A stretch of DNA of 64,000 nt. It comes from Amoebidium appalachense (taxonomy: Eukaryota; Protista; Ichthyosporea). Both the position numbers and the translations under genes were made by a program. Positions 22,773 through 35,485 of the stretch are shown piece after piece (position 1 is the first letter of the stretch; every line of letters starts with the position of its first letter). Under the pieces are notes generated by a model, which saw only the letters and a program-made list of their open reading frames with translations, had not been told where the DNA came from and searched no databases. The stretch is from assembly GCA_963693365.1 (NCBI GenBank), contig CAVNZM010000002.1, forward strand, positions 10,720,328 to 10,784,327. The letters are read 5' to 3'.

Positions 22773-23019
22773 CCTGCTGCACGCCCAGGCGGCTGGCGAG
22801 CTGAGGCGGCCTAAGAAAGGAAACCCTTTACGTTAACAAGCAAAGGCCTGACAAAGAAAACCATACAGGCTCACAAACGAGTGTTTGAACCGTCAAATAT
22901 GATACACCGGCAGGCTGGTTTGGCCAACCGCCAGAAACAGCATTTTGCCTTGCAGCGCTCAGAAAACCCTGGGTTCGAATCGGGGCTCGACAATCTTATG
23001 TTCCTCGTACAAGGGGGGA

Positions 23020-24080
23020 AATTTTTTTTTTCTTTTGACTGGATTTATTCGACGGAAAGATATGCAAGCATGCACGGCATACTGAGAAGACAATAAAAAC
23101 TTCACGAGTTATCCAGTAACAAGTGCATACTGAGATACCTGAACAGTGTGTGAAAATCATATAAAAACTTATGAAAATCATATAAATTCTCAATGTGACG
23201 ACCAACAGAATTCAACAAAAAGTCTAATTTAAAAGTGTTCACATTGCCAGCCAGTGTAGCAGACACTCGTAGGGAAAGAGGTAAAACGCGACATAAAAAC
23301 TCACACCTATCAACATGCTTGCGATTAAAAAGTTCAGCACAAGAGTGGCACCAGCGGCGATGGAAACAAGAATTACAACGCCACTGCACAACTTCCCAGG
23401 CAATATCAACATCAGAGCACCATACAGACTTAATATCTACTAGGGTGGTATCCATATGTACAGCAGGAGAAATGTATCCTGCCAAAGCTCCCAAAAAGCG
23501 ATAATGATCAGTACCGGTGTTGCCTAAGGAACATAACACATGCCGACTGAGTTTTACCTTTGATTTCTCTACCAGAACGAGAAAGAAACTTATACTGCGT
23601 ATAGTAATAACTCGAAAAGGCAGAAAAAACAGGAAGAGAAAAGAAAGAGGGAGTGAGATAGCGAGAGGAAGAATCAGGTTGAAAGAGGGTAGGCTGAGGA
23701 CATTCAGAAGTGGCGTTGGTGAATCGGGGGGGAAGAGGGATGGAGGGAGGGGGGGGAAAGAAAGCATAAAGAGGATGACCATCAGGTATCCTAACTAAAT
23801 GAAAACAAAAACGAAGAGACAATTCCTCCATACGACAAACAGCAGACGACAATCTAAACATACTGATTAAGGGAGGCACAAACCGATTACGAAACAAAGT
23901 GCGCAGTGCAGTACCCTGAAAATCGTCGAACTCTTTCAGCGCCACGGCCGCCTCGCGAGGTGGGGCGCAGGCCAATAGCGGAAGTCCATATTCGAAAGTT
24001 GGCCGTGAAAAAGTTTTATAGTAGAGAAGAAGGTTCGCAGGATGGATCACAGACTCCCGTTGAAACATATTTGACACGAT
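23020..24080 (-). mobile_element. 5'-truncated, frameshifted non-LTR retrotransposon (LINE) 3' fragment
   Basis: LLLYYKTFSRPTFEYGL is the typical post-RT 'thumb' motif. A Cys/His knuckle (QWRCN...CHSC...FNRKHVDRC) and LDFLLN follow in another frame. A-rich tail near 23022-23036. Confidence 0.7.
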
Positions 24081-24459
24081 GTGAAGCTTATCCTTCGCAC
24101 GAGGGGGAAAATCAAGGTATGATAGAAGGCCTATTCTATTGTAGAAGGCCTACATAGGCCTAGGTGTATCTATTGTAGAAGGCCTATTACATAGGTGTAT
24201 CTATTGTAGAAGGCCTTGGGAATAATTATTATAACTCGTGCTGCCGTTTATATGCCGGCACCAAGGCCAACAGTGCTTGCAACCAACAAGTTATACTTGC
24301 AAGGGCCGATGTGACATGATAGACATCATATGTACATATGTCGTGGAGATAGTGTGGTTTTTTTGTTGTTTTTTTTGAAGAAAAAAAAAACTTTGAAGTT
24401 CAAATAAAAAATCAGAGTGTGTGTGGAGTGTCAACTTATTGACCAGTCCCAGAGAGTTG

Positions 24460-24510
24460 TGACATATACTAATCCGTCTCAGCAGATCAGCCTAAGTCTA
24501 CGATCGAGAT

Positions 24511-24553
<43 letters not shown>

Positions 24554-25188
24554 GGGTCCACAGATCATCAAGATCAAGTCCGGGGCCTCAAGATAGCTGT
24601 GCAGCTGCGTGCATCATCTTGCCTCTGCCGGCGCAGGGCAGGACCACGTCAGCTGGGACAGCCGACCAATAGAATTCTAATTAGTGTGTAGGATAGATCG
24701 TAGGAGGACTTAGGAATGTGATTGTTCGGGCAGAAGCCCTTTGTAAATATTGGCAAGTTTTGATAGTGTATGCTGCCAAACGTATTTATATATTTCGATG
24801 ACAGAGGAAAGGGGGGAGGGAGGGGGGAGGGAGATAGTATGAAATGTAGAATTAGACTCTGCGGTGCCACTAGGGGAAGGGAGAGGGGTGAGACTTAGAT
24901 AAATATATTAGTGTGAGCCGATCGACTTAGCTCGTGCAGGCGCACGATAAAGTTAGATCGGAATGTACGGAATGTGGCATCGTAGGGGGCCAGGTGATGA
25001 TGATCTTGTAGGGCACGGCCTTGATGGCCTCAGTCGTAACTTAGACTCATTTCGTACGGATCTAAGTTTGCCCGTCGGAGCCTGGTCTGAATAAACTTTA
25101 CCGTTTTTCTGTACACGTTCGTTCCTTTTCGTGTGTGTACACTTAGTAGAGTGCCGCGTCTCTAGTACACATATAATAGGATACGACA
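24460..25188 (+). repeat. 5' LTR of copy 1
   Basis: TGACATATAC...GGATACGACA; near-identical to the three other LTRs in the window. Confidence 0.97.
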
Positions 25189-25337
25189 AGCTACACCTTT
25201 CTTTTAGTGCGGTTTTTCGCGCTAGGGTAACGCGGTGACAGTTCCTTCTGGGCTGTTGCTACACCTCATACACACAGAAAAAAAAAAAAAAAAAGAAAAA
25301 AAAAAAAACATAAACACAACCACCCGAACACCACACA

Positions 25338-26673
25338 ATGGCTAAGTTTAACGTAGACATGTTCTACGCATTGGCAGCGGAGGATAGCTCCCTGCACACA
25401 CAGGTACCACAGGTTCATACACTAGACGTTAGACAGACCACAGCTTTCAGTTTTACACTCAAACACGACTCGGAAATACCTAGGTGGCTTAGGACACTCC
25501 TAGCTAACACACCCACACTAGTGTTAGACACAAAGAAGGCCCCCACTGTGGCGGCCTCGTGCTTAATGATCAAACAGTGCATCGACCACAAAACAATGGC
25601 CGACTTATGCACCCTGATGGAGGAGCACCCGTACCGGGCCGAGCAGGCCCCCCAGGTGACGGCTCGTATATACGAGCAGCAGTACGACGAGGGGAGGGAC
25701 GAGATGGTGTCCCGGACACTCGGCCAGAAACGTCTGGCCGCACGGTTCATCCCCGACGACGAGGACGAGAACAGCACCGACGACGTGGACGGGGAGCTCG
25801 AGGCCTTCACACGGCCGGAAAACGAGCTCGAGTATACGGCCCGGCTCGTCGGCCGATACCTGACGGCCGACCGGCGCCGTACCTTCCGGGCCCAGCTCAG
25901 AGAATGGAAGTATACCTTTCCCACTTTAGATATGTCCCCCGTAGAAGCTCGTGCATTCTTTGAGAGGGAATATCGGGTCTTTGAAGACCTTTGCGAGTTA
26001 GCTGGTGACGTGAGTGATAGGGAAAAATTCGAGTTTGCTCGTAAGGCTCTCTCTGTAAACACAGACACTGCACGCATGTTTGGGGAGCATGATGATGTAG
26101 ATGAGGTGGTGTTGCATGTTAAACGTCACTTGCTTGCCATGCACGAGGTGAAGTTCAATAAGAGGGATAAAAAGGAGGTGATGGAAGTAGACAAGAAAAA
26201 GAAGGAGAGTGGACCGAAGGGGGAAAAAGAGAAAAAAGAGGGTGAACAGCCAGATGCACTCACCATGTTGGTCAAGCAGGTTGCCGAGCTCTCCCAGGCC
26301 GTCTTCTCTGGCCGAGGGGGCTTCGGCTTCCGGGGTGGCCGTGGCGGCGACCGGGGTGGACACGGCGGTCGTGGCCGAGGTGGACGTGGAGGACAACAGC
26401 AGCAGTTCACCGAGAGGTTTGCCCCTTATCTTGCTCGTGGTGGTGGGCAGGGTAGAGGGAGGGGTGGAAATGGTGGTGAGAGAGGCCGAGGGGGGCAGGG
26501 GGGGAAGGGGGGGCCGTGGTGCACACGGTGGGCCCCCCCAGCATGACCGGGCTCCCGGTTATGCTTTGCGCCAAGGTTTTGAAGTCCCCCCTGGCCCCTT
26601 CTTTGGGGCATGTTACTTTTGTGGCCGGCAAGGGCACTCTGCTGCATATTGCCGTAGTTACAAGAGCTATTGA
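25338..26673 (+). CDS. gag: Gag with RGG-rich region and CCHC zinc knuckle; apparent frameshift in a G-run near 26500
   Basis: ORF 25338-26546 plus the knuckle CYFCGRQGHSAAYC ending in TGA at 26671-26673. The uninterrupted version is in copy 2. Confidence 0.9.
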
Positions 26674-29600
26674 GTTCCGGGGGAGGGGGAAGCTGGGGTC
26701 ACTGAGGGAGGGGGGGACAGTGGCGGTCCCCCCCAGGTTGCAGAGAACCTTCACCCTCCCCCACCCCAGGTTAAGCTTCCCTTTGCCCCCTCACCGCCCC
26801 GATACGTGTGGGAGCCGGGCATCGTCGTGGGTCCTCAAGACAGCGTCGAGGTGGTATGGCATGAATGTTTGTGGGGTGACTCTACCAAAGGTATGAATGG
26901 TGTTAATGTTTTGTGGTTGGGGGAGGTTCCCCAGCCACAAGTGGATGGTCTCAGTGTTTCTTGTCCCAACCCGGTGTTTATTCTAACCACACCGGAGGGG
27001 GTTTCTGTGCCATTGTTTCCGGGAGGGGGGGGGGGGACACACACGAGTAAAGGGGGAAGGGGGGGGGAAGGCACAGACACGTCGGAACATACCACCACAA
27101 CAACATACGACGGTTGCAGACACACCTACACCCACACACACACACACACATACACCAAACACACACACACCACCCACCCACACACCACACACACACACTC
27201 CACCACCACCCACATCACATACACACCCCACCCCACCCGTGCAGGCACCACAGGTAGGTATGTTGCACGTAGGTATCGAGGGTGTGAGTCTTCGTGGGCA
27301 GGGATTGGGTGTGAGTGATGATGTGTTGCTTGAATTGGAGGAGGATTTAGTTGGTTTTAGCCGGCATTATATAGACGTATGGTTAGCTGATGGTAAGTTG
27401 AAGGCTGTTGCTTTGCTCGATGGAGGGGCTCAGGTTAATTGTGTGCATGCTTCGTTTATTCGTCGTTTTAATCAGGCCGGGGGGGGAAATTCCTATTTTA
27501 GATGCTTCTAGCACAGCCTTAGGTAGTGCTAATAATAGTAGTATGTCTGTGGAAGGTGTTTGTGTGTTGCCGTGTGAGATAGGTGGCCAGGCTATGCATA
27601 TTGCTTGTTATGTGGTTAAGGATTTAGCTCAAAGTGTTTTGTTGGGAGCCCCATTTTTCCGTAGACATGTGAATGCTTTGCTCTTATTACCCAAAAGGAG
27701 GATGCCGGCTCGAAGGGTGACTCAGGAGGAGGGGGAACAACTTTATTTAACGTTAGCCACCAAAACGTCACCCGACACGATGGGGGGGGGGACCGGGACA
27801 GCACCGGTCCCACTCCCCCGACCCCCAAGAGGAAGGAGGGTCACCCCGGGTGTGAGAATGTGCAGGCAGGGGGGGAGGGTGTTGGTTTAACCCGTGGATC
27901 TGACGGGTTAACCAACACCGTGGGGGGCAGGGTGGCCACAGACCTGGCCCCCCACATACATGCACTAACTCATCAGGAATTGCCCGGGGGCATTGGTGTG
28001 CCGGGGGGAGGGGGGGGTGCTAAGGGTGACCGCCTATATCCGGAGGTACCTCAACCTCACCCCGAGCAGCACCGATGTAATACAGGAGGTGAAATGTTAA
28101 GTGGCACTCCGGTGAATAAGGATGCATCCACTTGTGATGGGGGTAACCCGGAGTTAGTATTGCCGTTTGGTATGAAGGAGGGGGATTGGACGGTAGAACA
28201 GAAAAAATTGCTAGCTAAGTTATTTGATAGGACTCGGTTTGCATTTCTGGCCGATGATAACGAAGTAGGCTTCGTTAAAGGGTTTGAAATGCAGATCGAC
28301 ACAGGTGATAATAGGCCGGTAGTGATGCCTAGCTATAGAATGGAGCAGTATAAATTGTCGGATGTGCTAATAATAGTGAGTGATATGTTAAAAAAGGGTC
28401 ATGTGGAGCATAGTTCGAGTCCGTGGAGAAGTCCGGTGCTATTGGTTAAGAAGCCCGACGGGTCTTGGCGTCTAGTGAACGATTACAGGGCTCTGAATCG
28501 GATCACTAAGGCAGACCAATGGCCTCTCCCTAACATAGACGAGCAGCTTTCACAGCTGCACGGCTATACTCACTTTGCTAAACTTGATTTAAAAGCAGCT
28601 TTTTGGCAGATAAGGTTGGAGGAGAGCAGCAAGGAGAAGACTGCCTTTGCACTGGGTGACCAGCTGTTCCAGTACAAGGTGGTGCCGATGGGTTTGCTCT
28701 CCTCTCCAGCTATGTTGTGCCGGGTAATGTATAAAATTCTCCACCCTCATTTGGATGTATGCCACCCTTATTTGGATGATGTTTTAATTAAAGGTAGGTC
28801 ATTTGAGGAGTTAGTTAATAATTGTGAAAAAGTATTTTTAGCTTTGGGTGAGTCTGGTCTCCGTATTAGCGGTAGCAAGACTGTGATTGGTGTGCCGGAG
28901 GTTAAGTTTTTAGGTCATATTGTGTCTAGTAATGGTCTTTCCCCTGATCCGGAGAAAATCCGGGCCATAGTTGAGTGGCCCCGTCCTCAGACTGTCACTC
29001 AACTAAGGCAATTTTTAGGTTTAACTAATTATCTTCGTCGTTATATTAAGGATTATAGTATGCTTGCTTTGCCGTTAACTAGTCAGACGGGGGGGGAGAA
29101 GAAGAATAGAATAGATTGGAATGTTGATGCTGTTTCTGCTTTCGAAAAGCTTAAGTTAGCTTTGCAGTCTTCGAGTATGCTTGTTCATCCTGATTTTTCG
29201 GGCGGGGGGGGGGATGTTTAAAGTTCGGTGTGATGCAAGTAAGGTTGCTGAGGGGGCCGTGTTATATCAAGTGCAGGAGGGGCAGGATAGGGTGATTGCT
29301 TATGCTAGTCGTTCATTTAGTAAAAGTGAACGTAGATATAGCAATCCAGAGAGAGAGTCCCATGCTATCTTTTGGGCAGTCTCACAGGCATGGAGGTATA
29401 TACTCGCAGGCAGGACGTTTGAGGTCTACACCGACCACAAGCCCTGCCTAGCCATGGCCGGCACCACTCGTCTGGTCAACGAGAGGATGCAGAAGTGGGC
29501 CGCGGCTCTCGGTGAGTTCTCCTATAAATTGTTTTATGCCAAGGGTGAAACAATGGTTGACTGTGATGCTCTCTCTCGTGCTGCTTATATTCTGTTTGAA

Positions 29601-31489
29601 GAAGAGAAGGAGGGGGAGGGGGGGGCTAGTGAGAGACGGGGGGGGGAGGGGGGAAGGGTGGGGAGAGTGAGCAGAAAGGAATAGATGCTGTGTCTGTTGA
29701 TGTGTCTTCTTGGGCTCCGGGGTTGCTTGCTTATAAGTGTAGGGGAGGGGGGGGGAGGTATTTGTCAGTGTCTGAGGTCGGGACCGAGCCTCATGGCTCG
29801 GCCCCTGCCTTAGCACCTACGGCTTTGATCTTAGCTCAGGAGGAAGATGTGTTGATTGGTCTGGTTAAGAATTATTTAGAGGGGCCGGTTGATTCGATTA
29901 AATTCAAAAATAAAAGGCAGATGATTAAGGTAGCTAAGTTAGCAAAAATGTGTCAGGTAGAGCAGGATTTAGTTTATCATTGTTCTGGGCCAGACGGACA
30001 CCGAGTTTGGGTCGCGACGGCACTTGTGCCTGAGGTTTTGCATATGGTGCATGAGCATCCCATGGCTGGTCATTTAGGTGTAAATAGGACGTTGCTTCGT
30101 GTTAATCGTTCGTATTTTTGGCCGGGTATGAGTAGGGAGGTGAGGGATTATGTGTTGTCATGCATGCATTGTCAGGAAAGGAATGAGAGTCCCCACTCTC
30201 GTTCCCGCCCGTCGTTTATTAGGGATTTTAATGTTCGTATGTTTGAACGGGTAGCAGTGGATGTGGTCGGTCCTTTTAATTCTACGGTTGAGGGTAACAC
30301 TGTTCTTGTTACCGTCACCGATGTGGCCACTCGTTGGGTTGAAGTTTTTCCTCTCCCCACTGCTAATGCCGTTTTGTTTGCTCGTATTTTTGTGGATGAA
30401 ATTTGTCTTAGGTTTGGTTGTCCTCGTGTTTTGTTAACGGATAGGAGTCGTGTGTTTTTAAATCAGTTGGTGTCGGAGGTGTGTAAAATTTTAAGGGTAG
30501 CCCATATCACTACGTCTGCATATCACCCTCAAGCAAATGCCATCTCTGAACGTGTGCATGCAGTGTTTCAGAAGTCCTTTGGCAAAATGGTGGATGTGGA
30601 GGCTAATGATTGGGATCATATGTCTAGGTTTATTGCTCATTCATATAATTCTACCCCTCATGCTGTGACTGGTTTTTCTCCGTTTTATTTGGTCTATGGG
30701 CAGGAGGCTATTAGTTTGTTAGATACGGCACTTTTGCCGATGGGGGGGGCTGACCGACTAACCTATCCCCACTGGACTGAGTTCCGGGAGCAGCTACTAA
30801 CCCGGGCCCGGGCTGCACGTGATGCAGCTCTGACCCGTACACAGCAGGCACAGACACGTGCAGACGTGTCCACACGTCCGTTACGTGAATTTGCCGAGGG
30901 TACTTTAGTTTTAATTAGGGATCATACTAGGAAAAAGAGATATAAGCAGGAGCAGGAAGGTAAGGGTGAAGGTGAAGGTCTTCGTAAGTATGGTAAGAAA
31001 TGGTTGCCTCTTTTCATTGGCCCGTATAAAATAGTGGCTAGGTTAGGTCCGACGGAATATAAGGTGCAGAGGTTAGATAATGAGAGTGATGTTAGATTTT
31101 ATAATGTAGATGATATAAAGGAATATTATGATAGGGCCCTTAGGGTTAAACGGCCGGAGGGCCGTCGAGTGTTAGATGCATTCACCCCCGACTATGACGG
31201 GTCGGTGGATGTATCGGAGGCTGCAGTAGATAAAATTATGGATAAAAAGGTTATCGAAGGTAAGGAAGGTAAGGTAAATTATTATTTAATTCGTTTTGAG
31301 GGAGGTTATCAGGAAGATCAGTGGTTGCCTGAGTTTCATTTGGATTGCCCGTTTTCGATTCGTGCTTATGAGCCTAGATTAGTGCAGAGGGAGTTGCCTA
31401 GTGCTCCCTCTAGGCCAAAGAGAGTTATTCCTCAGTTTAATCGTGGTGTGAAAAAGTCGGTGGGGGAGGGGGCCGGGGGGGGGGAGTGA
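26674..31489 (+). CDS. pol: Pol polyprotein (aspartic protease, RT, RNase H, integrase, chromodomain), broken by homopolymer frameshifts and a 346-bp deletion
   Basis: PR ALLDGGAQVN; RT SPVLLVKKPDGSWRLVNDYRALN and YLDD; RH CDAS and YTDHKP; IN HEHPMAGHLG...CMHC, D-D-E core and GPY; chromodomain VDKIMDKK...YYLIRFEGGYQEDQWLPEFHLDC. Confidence 0.95.
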
Positions 31490-31757
31490 TGCAAATACAC
31501 GTAGACACAGGGGGGGAGGGGGAGGGAGGGGAGGAGACCGAGGAGGAGTGTGAACGTAGTCGTAGGAATTTAATTTATTATCATAGGTGTCTCCGTAGGT
31601 ATCAAGCTTATGGTGTAGATTAATTTATTATTTTTCTTCGTCATTTATTTATTTAATTTTTTTTTAGGAGACTGATTAGTCTATGTCTTTTTAGGGGGTG
31701 TTAGATGTAATGTGACTGAGGTGGGACTCAGCTTTTCCGGGGGCCGGGGGGGGGAGT

Positions 31758-31808
31758 TGACATATACTAATCCGTCTCAGCAGATCAGCCTAAGTCTACG
31801 ATCGAGAT

Positions 31809-31853
<45 letters not shown>

Positions 31854-32500
31854 GGCCCGGGTCCACAGATCATCAAGATCAAGTCCGGGGCCTCAAGATA
31901 GCTGTGCAGCTGCGTGCATCATCTTGCCTCTGCCGGCGCAGGGCAGGACCACGTCAGCTGGGACAGCCGACCAATAGAATTCTAATTAGTGTGTAGGATA
32001 GATCGTAGGAGGACTTAGGAATGTGATTGTTCGGGCAGAAGCCCTTTGTAAATATTGGCAAGTTTTGATAGTGTATGCTGCCAAACGTATTTATATATTT
32101 CGATGACAGAGGAAAGGGGGGAGGGAGGGGGGAGGGAGATAGTATGAAATGTAGAATTAGACTCTGCGGTGCCACTAGGGGAAGGGAGAGGGGTGAGACT
32201 TAGATAAATATATTAGTGTGAGCCGATCGACTTAGCTCGTGCAGGCGGCAGGCGCACGATAAAGTTAGATCGGAATGTACGGAATGTGGCATCGTAGGGG
32301 GCCAGGTGATGATGATCTTGTAGGGCACGGCCTTGATGGCCTCAGTGGTAACTTAGTGTGATTCCGTACGGATCTAAGTTTGCCCGTCGGAGCCTGGTCT
32401 GAATAAACTTTACCGTTTTTCTGTACACGTTCGTTCCTTTTCGTGTGTGTACACTTAGTAGAGTGCCGCGTCTCTAGTACACATATAATAGGATACGACA
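31758..32500 (+). repeat. 3' LTR of copy 1
   Basis: Direct repeat of 24460-25188, preceded by the PPT. Confidence 0.97.
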
Positions 32501-32957
32501 AGTTGTAACAGTATGGGCATTGTTGTCCAGTTAATAAAATCCAAGGTGGATCCATACACACACCTTTGGAACAGTAGGCACTCACCAGAGTGCCCATTGG
32601 CAAGTATGAGGTCAAGTACGGCAAATGTGGCAGGTCTTTCTTTATTGGTGCAGTGCGGTGTCACGGTCGTGTACACCTTGTATGTCTTTGGAGGGATACT
32701 ACCTACATACATGATGAGAGCAAACAACTCTTCTGGGATATGTGTGCAGAAAGACTTTATGGTATTTGGGCAGATGGTTCATGATACACGAAACTTGATC
32801 CACTGTAAATTAAATACGCAGTCCCTCCAAGTGCAGGGCTCTCAACTGGTCTATTTTAGCAAGGAATTGCACGCCATGCTAAGTACTCCTTCACAATGAA
32901 GGAGAGGGGTGTTAAGGAGGGGGAGGGGAGGGGAAGGGGCTCTCTCTCTCTCTCTCT

Positions 32958-32994
<37 letters not shown>

Positions 32995-33351
32995 CCCCCC
33001 CCCCCCCCCCCCCCCCCCTCTCTCTCCCCTCTCTCTTTCGAAAAATTGGGATATATCTCCACAAACATTGTGTATCCTGTAACGTGGTTATTTATACATG
33101 TATCTTGTTGGGTGGAAGTACTGTTGGCCTTGGTGCCGGCACCCCCTCACAGCTCCAGAGCATGTCACTCATATACAGCACATTCCTCCCATGCACTTAA
33201 TGGTGTCTCCTGCTCGTGTGTGAAATATGTGGGGGGCGTACTCAATTCTGCATATATGGGTGTGGTCCCTTATGTAACTGATATGATAATCGGTTGTGAT
33301 GGCAACTCCTCCACCCTTTGCCACCTCTCCCCCTCGGCAAATCCGTTTTGT

Positions 33352-33545
33352 GTGGCAGACGCCTTAGTAATGCAGCATGCTATGATATCATATATGGTGT
33401 CTAGACGCCTTAGTAATGTAGCATGCTATGATATCATATATGGTGTCTAGACGCCTTAGTAATACAGCATGCTATGCCATCATATTATATGGTGTCTAGA
33501 CACCTCAGTAATACAGCATGCTATGATATCATATATAGTGGTGTC
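33352..33545. repeat. ~45-bp tandem repeat (GTCTAGACGCCTTAGTAATGTAGCATGCTATGATATCATATATGGT), about 4 copies
   Basis: Direct inspection. Confidence 0.8.
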
Positions 33546-33698
33546 TCATGAATCCCTCTGATTATCTTGTGCATGTGTCGCTGGCTGCATTTGAATGCTG
33601 CACCGATAAACTCAGTAGGTCGTCAGGTGAGGCGGCTGGGCCCCAGACCGTAGCTATAGCTATAACAGTCACCCCCCATGTTCAGGTGGGTTGGCTGG

Positions 33699-34290
33699 CA
33701 GCAGCTGAGAGCATGCACCCACCAAGGCATGTATCAGCTGAGAGCATGCACCCACCAAGGCATGTAGCAGCTGAGAGCATGCACCCACCAAGGCATGTAG
33801 CAGCTGAGAGCATGCACCCACCAAGGCATGTAGCAGCTGAGAGCATGCGCCCACCAAGGCATGTAGCAGCTGAGAGCACTGCCACCAAGGCATGTAGCAG
33901 CTGAGAGCATGCACCCACCAAGGCATGTAGCAGCTGAGAGCACCAAGGCATGTAGCTGCTGAGAGCATGCACCCACCAAGGCATGTAGCAGCTGAGAGCA
34001 TGCACCCACCAAGGCATGTAGCAGCTGAGAGCATGCACCCACCAAGGCATGTAGCAGCTGAGAGCACTGCCACCAAGGCATGTAGCAGCTGAGAGCATGC
34101 ACCCACCAAGGCATGTAGCAGCTGAGAGCACCAAGGCATGTAGCTGCTGAGAGCATGCACCCACCAAGGCATGTAGCAGCTGAGAGCATGCATCCACCAA
34201 GGCATGTAGCAGCTGAGAGCATGCACCCACTGGCACCAAGGCATGTAGCAGCTGAGAGCATGCACCCACCAAGGCATGTAGCACCTGAGA
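33699..34290. repeat. 33-bp minisatellite (AGCAGCTGAGAGCATGCACCCACCAAGGCATGT), about 18 copies with length variants
   Basis: Direct inspection. Confidence 0.95.
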
Positions 34291-34354
34291 ACATGTTGCC
34301 TGCCTTCTCTCTTGCTTGCCTCCTGCCCGTAGCCTTCATGTTTGCTCACCAGCC

Positions 34355-34815
34355 ATCTCTACATCTAGTGAATCTAGATAACATGCAGCCTGAGATATAC
34401 CATGTCTACAAACCTAGTGATCCAGATAACATGTAGGTATATCATGTCTGCATCTGGCGATCCAGATAACATGTGGATATACCATGTCTACATCTAGAGT
34501 CTAGTGATCCAGACAACATGTAGATCTAGATATATCATGTCTACATCTGGTGATCCAGATACATGTAGATATACCATGTATACATCTAGTGACCCAGATA
34601 ACATGTAGATATACCATGTCTACATCTAATGATTCAGATAACATGTATACGTAGATATATCATGTCTACATCTGGTGATCCAGATACATGTAGATATACC
34701 ATGTATACATCTAGTGACCCAGATAACATGTAGATATACCATGTCTACATCTAATGATTCAGATAACATGTAGATATGTCATGTCTACATCTAGTGATCC
34801 AGAAAACATGTACGT
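34355..34815. repeat. ~40-bp minisatellite (CATGTCTACATCTAGTGATCCAGATAACATGTAGATATAC), about 11 copies
   Basis: Direct inspection. Confidence 0.9.
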
Positions 34816-35247
34816 AATATCTCCCTCAATGAGCAGGGGGGATTACACCAGTCTCTGGCATGGCGGTTCTTTTGCTCTGTATATCTTTTGGGCCTATAAC
34901 ATGCAAGTAGTCGGGGGCTACTTGTACATCAGCGGACAGTCACAGTGTTGTTTGCTCGAGCACTGAAGACCATATATCGGGTATGGACTCAGAAAGAACT
35001 GCGGTGGGGGTGGGGAGGGGGGGTGAGGGGGGGGGGGGGGGGTTCAAGTTGCAGTGCTTGGTTTATCCCCTCGGCGTCATATCCAATACATGGCAGGTAC
35101 ACTAAGAGCGTGTTGTTTGTAAGAAGTTTGCTTCAGCTGTGATAATACTCTGAAATACAAGAAAATTCTCAAACATTTGGGTTCCCTAGGGGGGGGGGGG
35201 GGGGGCTTTTTTCCTCAATTTTTCTACTGGACACTCGGTATCAACTG

Positions 35248-35302
<55 letters not shown>

Positions 35303-35321
35303 CGTGCGTGTGCGTGCGTGG

Positions 35322-35383
<62 letters not shown>

Positions 35384-35485
35384 CTTGAGCCAACCACTGT
35401 GACATGAAACATGGAACAAACAGGTCATGAAGTTCTTGTTCTGTCTGGGGCTATTTGCGTCAGACTGTCCCGTAGGCAAAGGGAT

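Larger units (their letters stand above)
24460..32500 (+). mobile_element. Ty3/gypsy LTR retrotransposon, chromovirus type (copy 1, 8041 bp)
   Basis: TG...CA LTRs at 24460-25188 and 31758-32500. 5-bp TSD AGTTG at 24455-24459 and 32501-32505. Polypurine tract at ~31740-31757. Order gag-PR-RT-RH-IN-chromodomain. Confidence 0.98.

Noticed and set aside
27000-29690. Several frame changes in pol as programmed frameshifts
   Set aside because: They fall in G homopolymers or CA-rich tracts whose lengths differ between the two copies; sequencing error or decay is more likely. The RH-IN shift appears in both copies and is worth rechecking with accurate reads.
33699-34815. Regularly spaced 33-40 bp repeats resembling a CRISPR array (also 9361-11332)
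   Set aside because: Units are head-to-tail with no unique spacers, there are no cas genes, and the context is eukaryotic: these are minisatellites.
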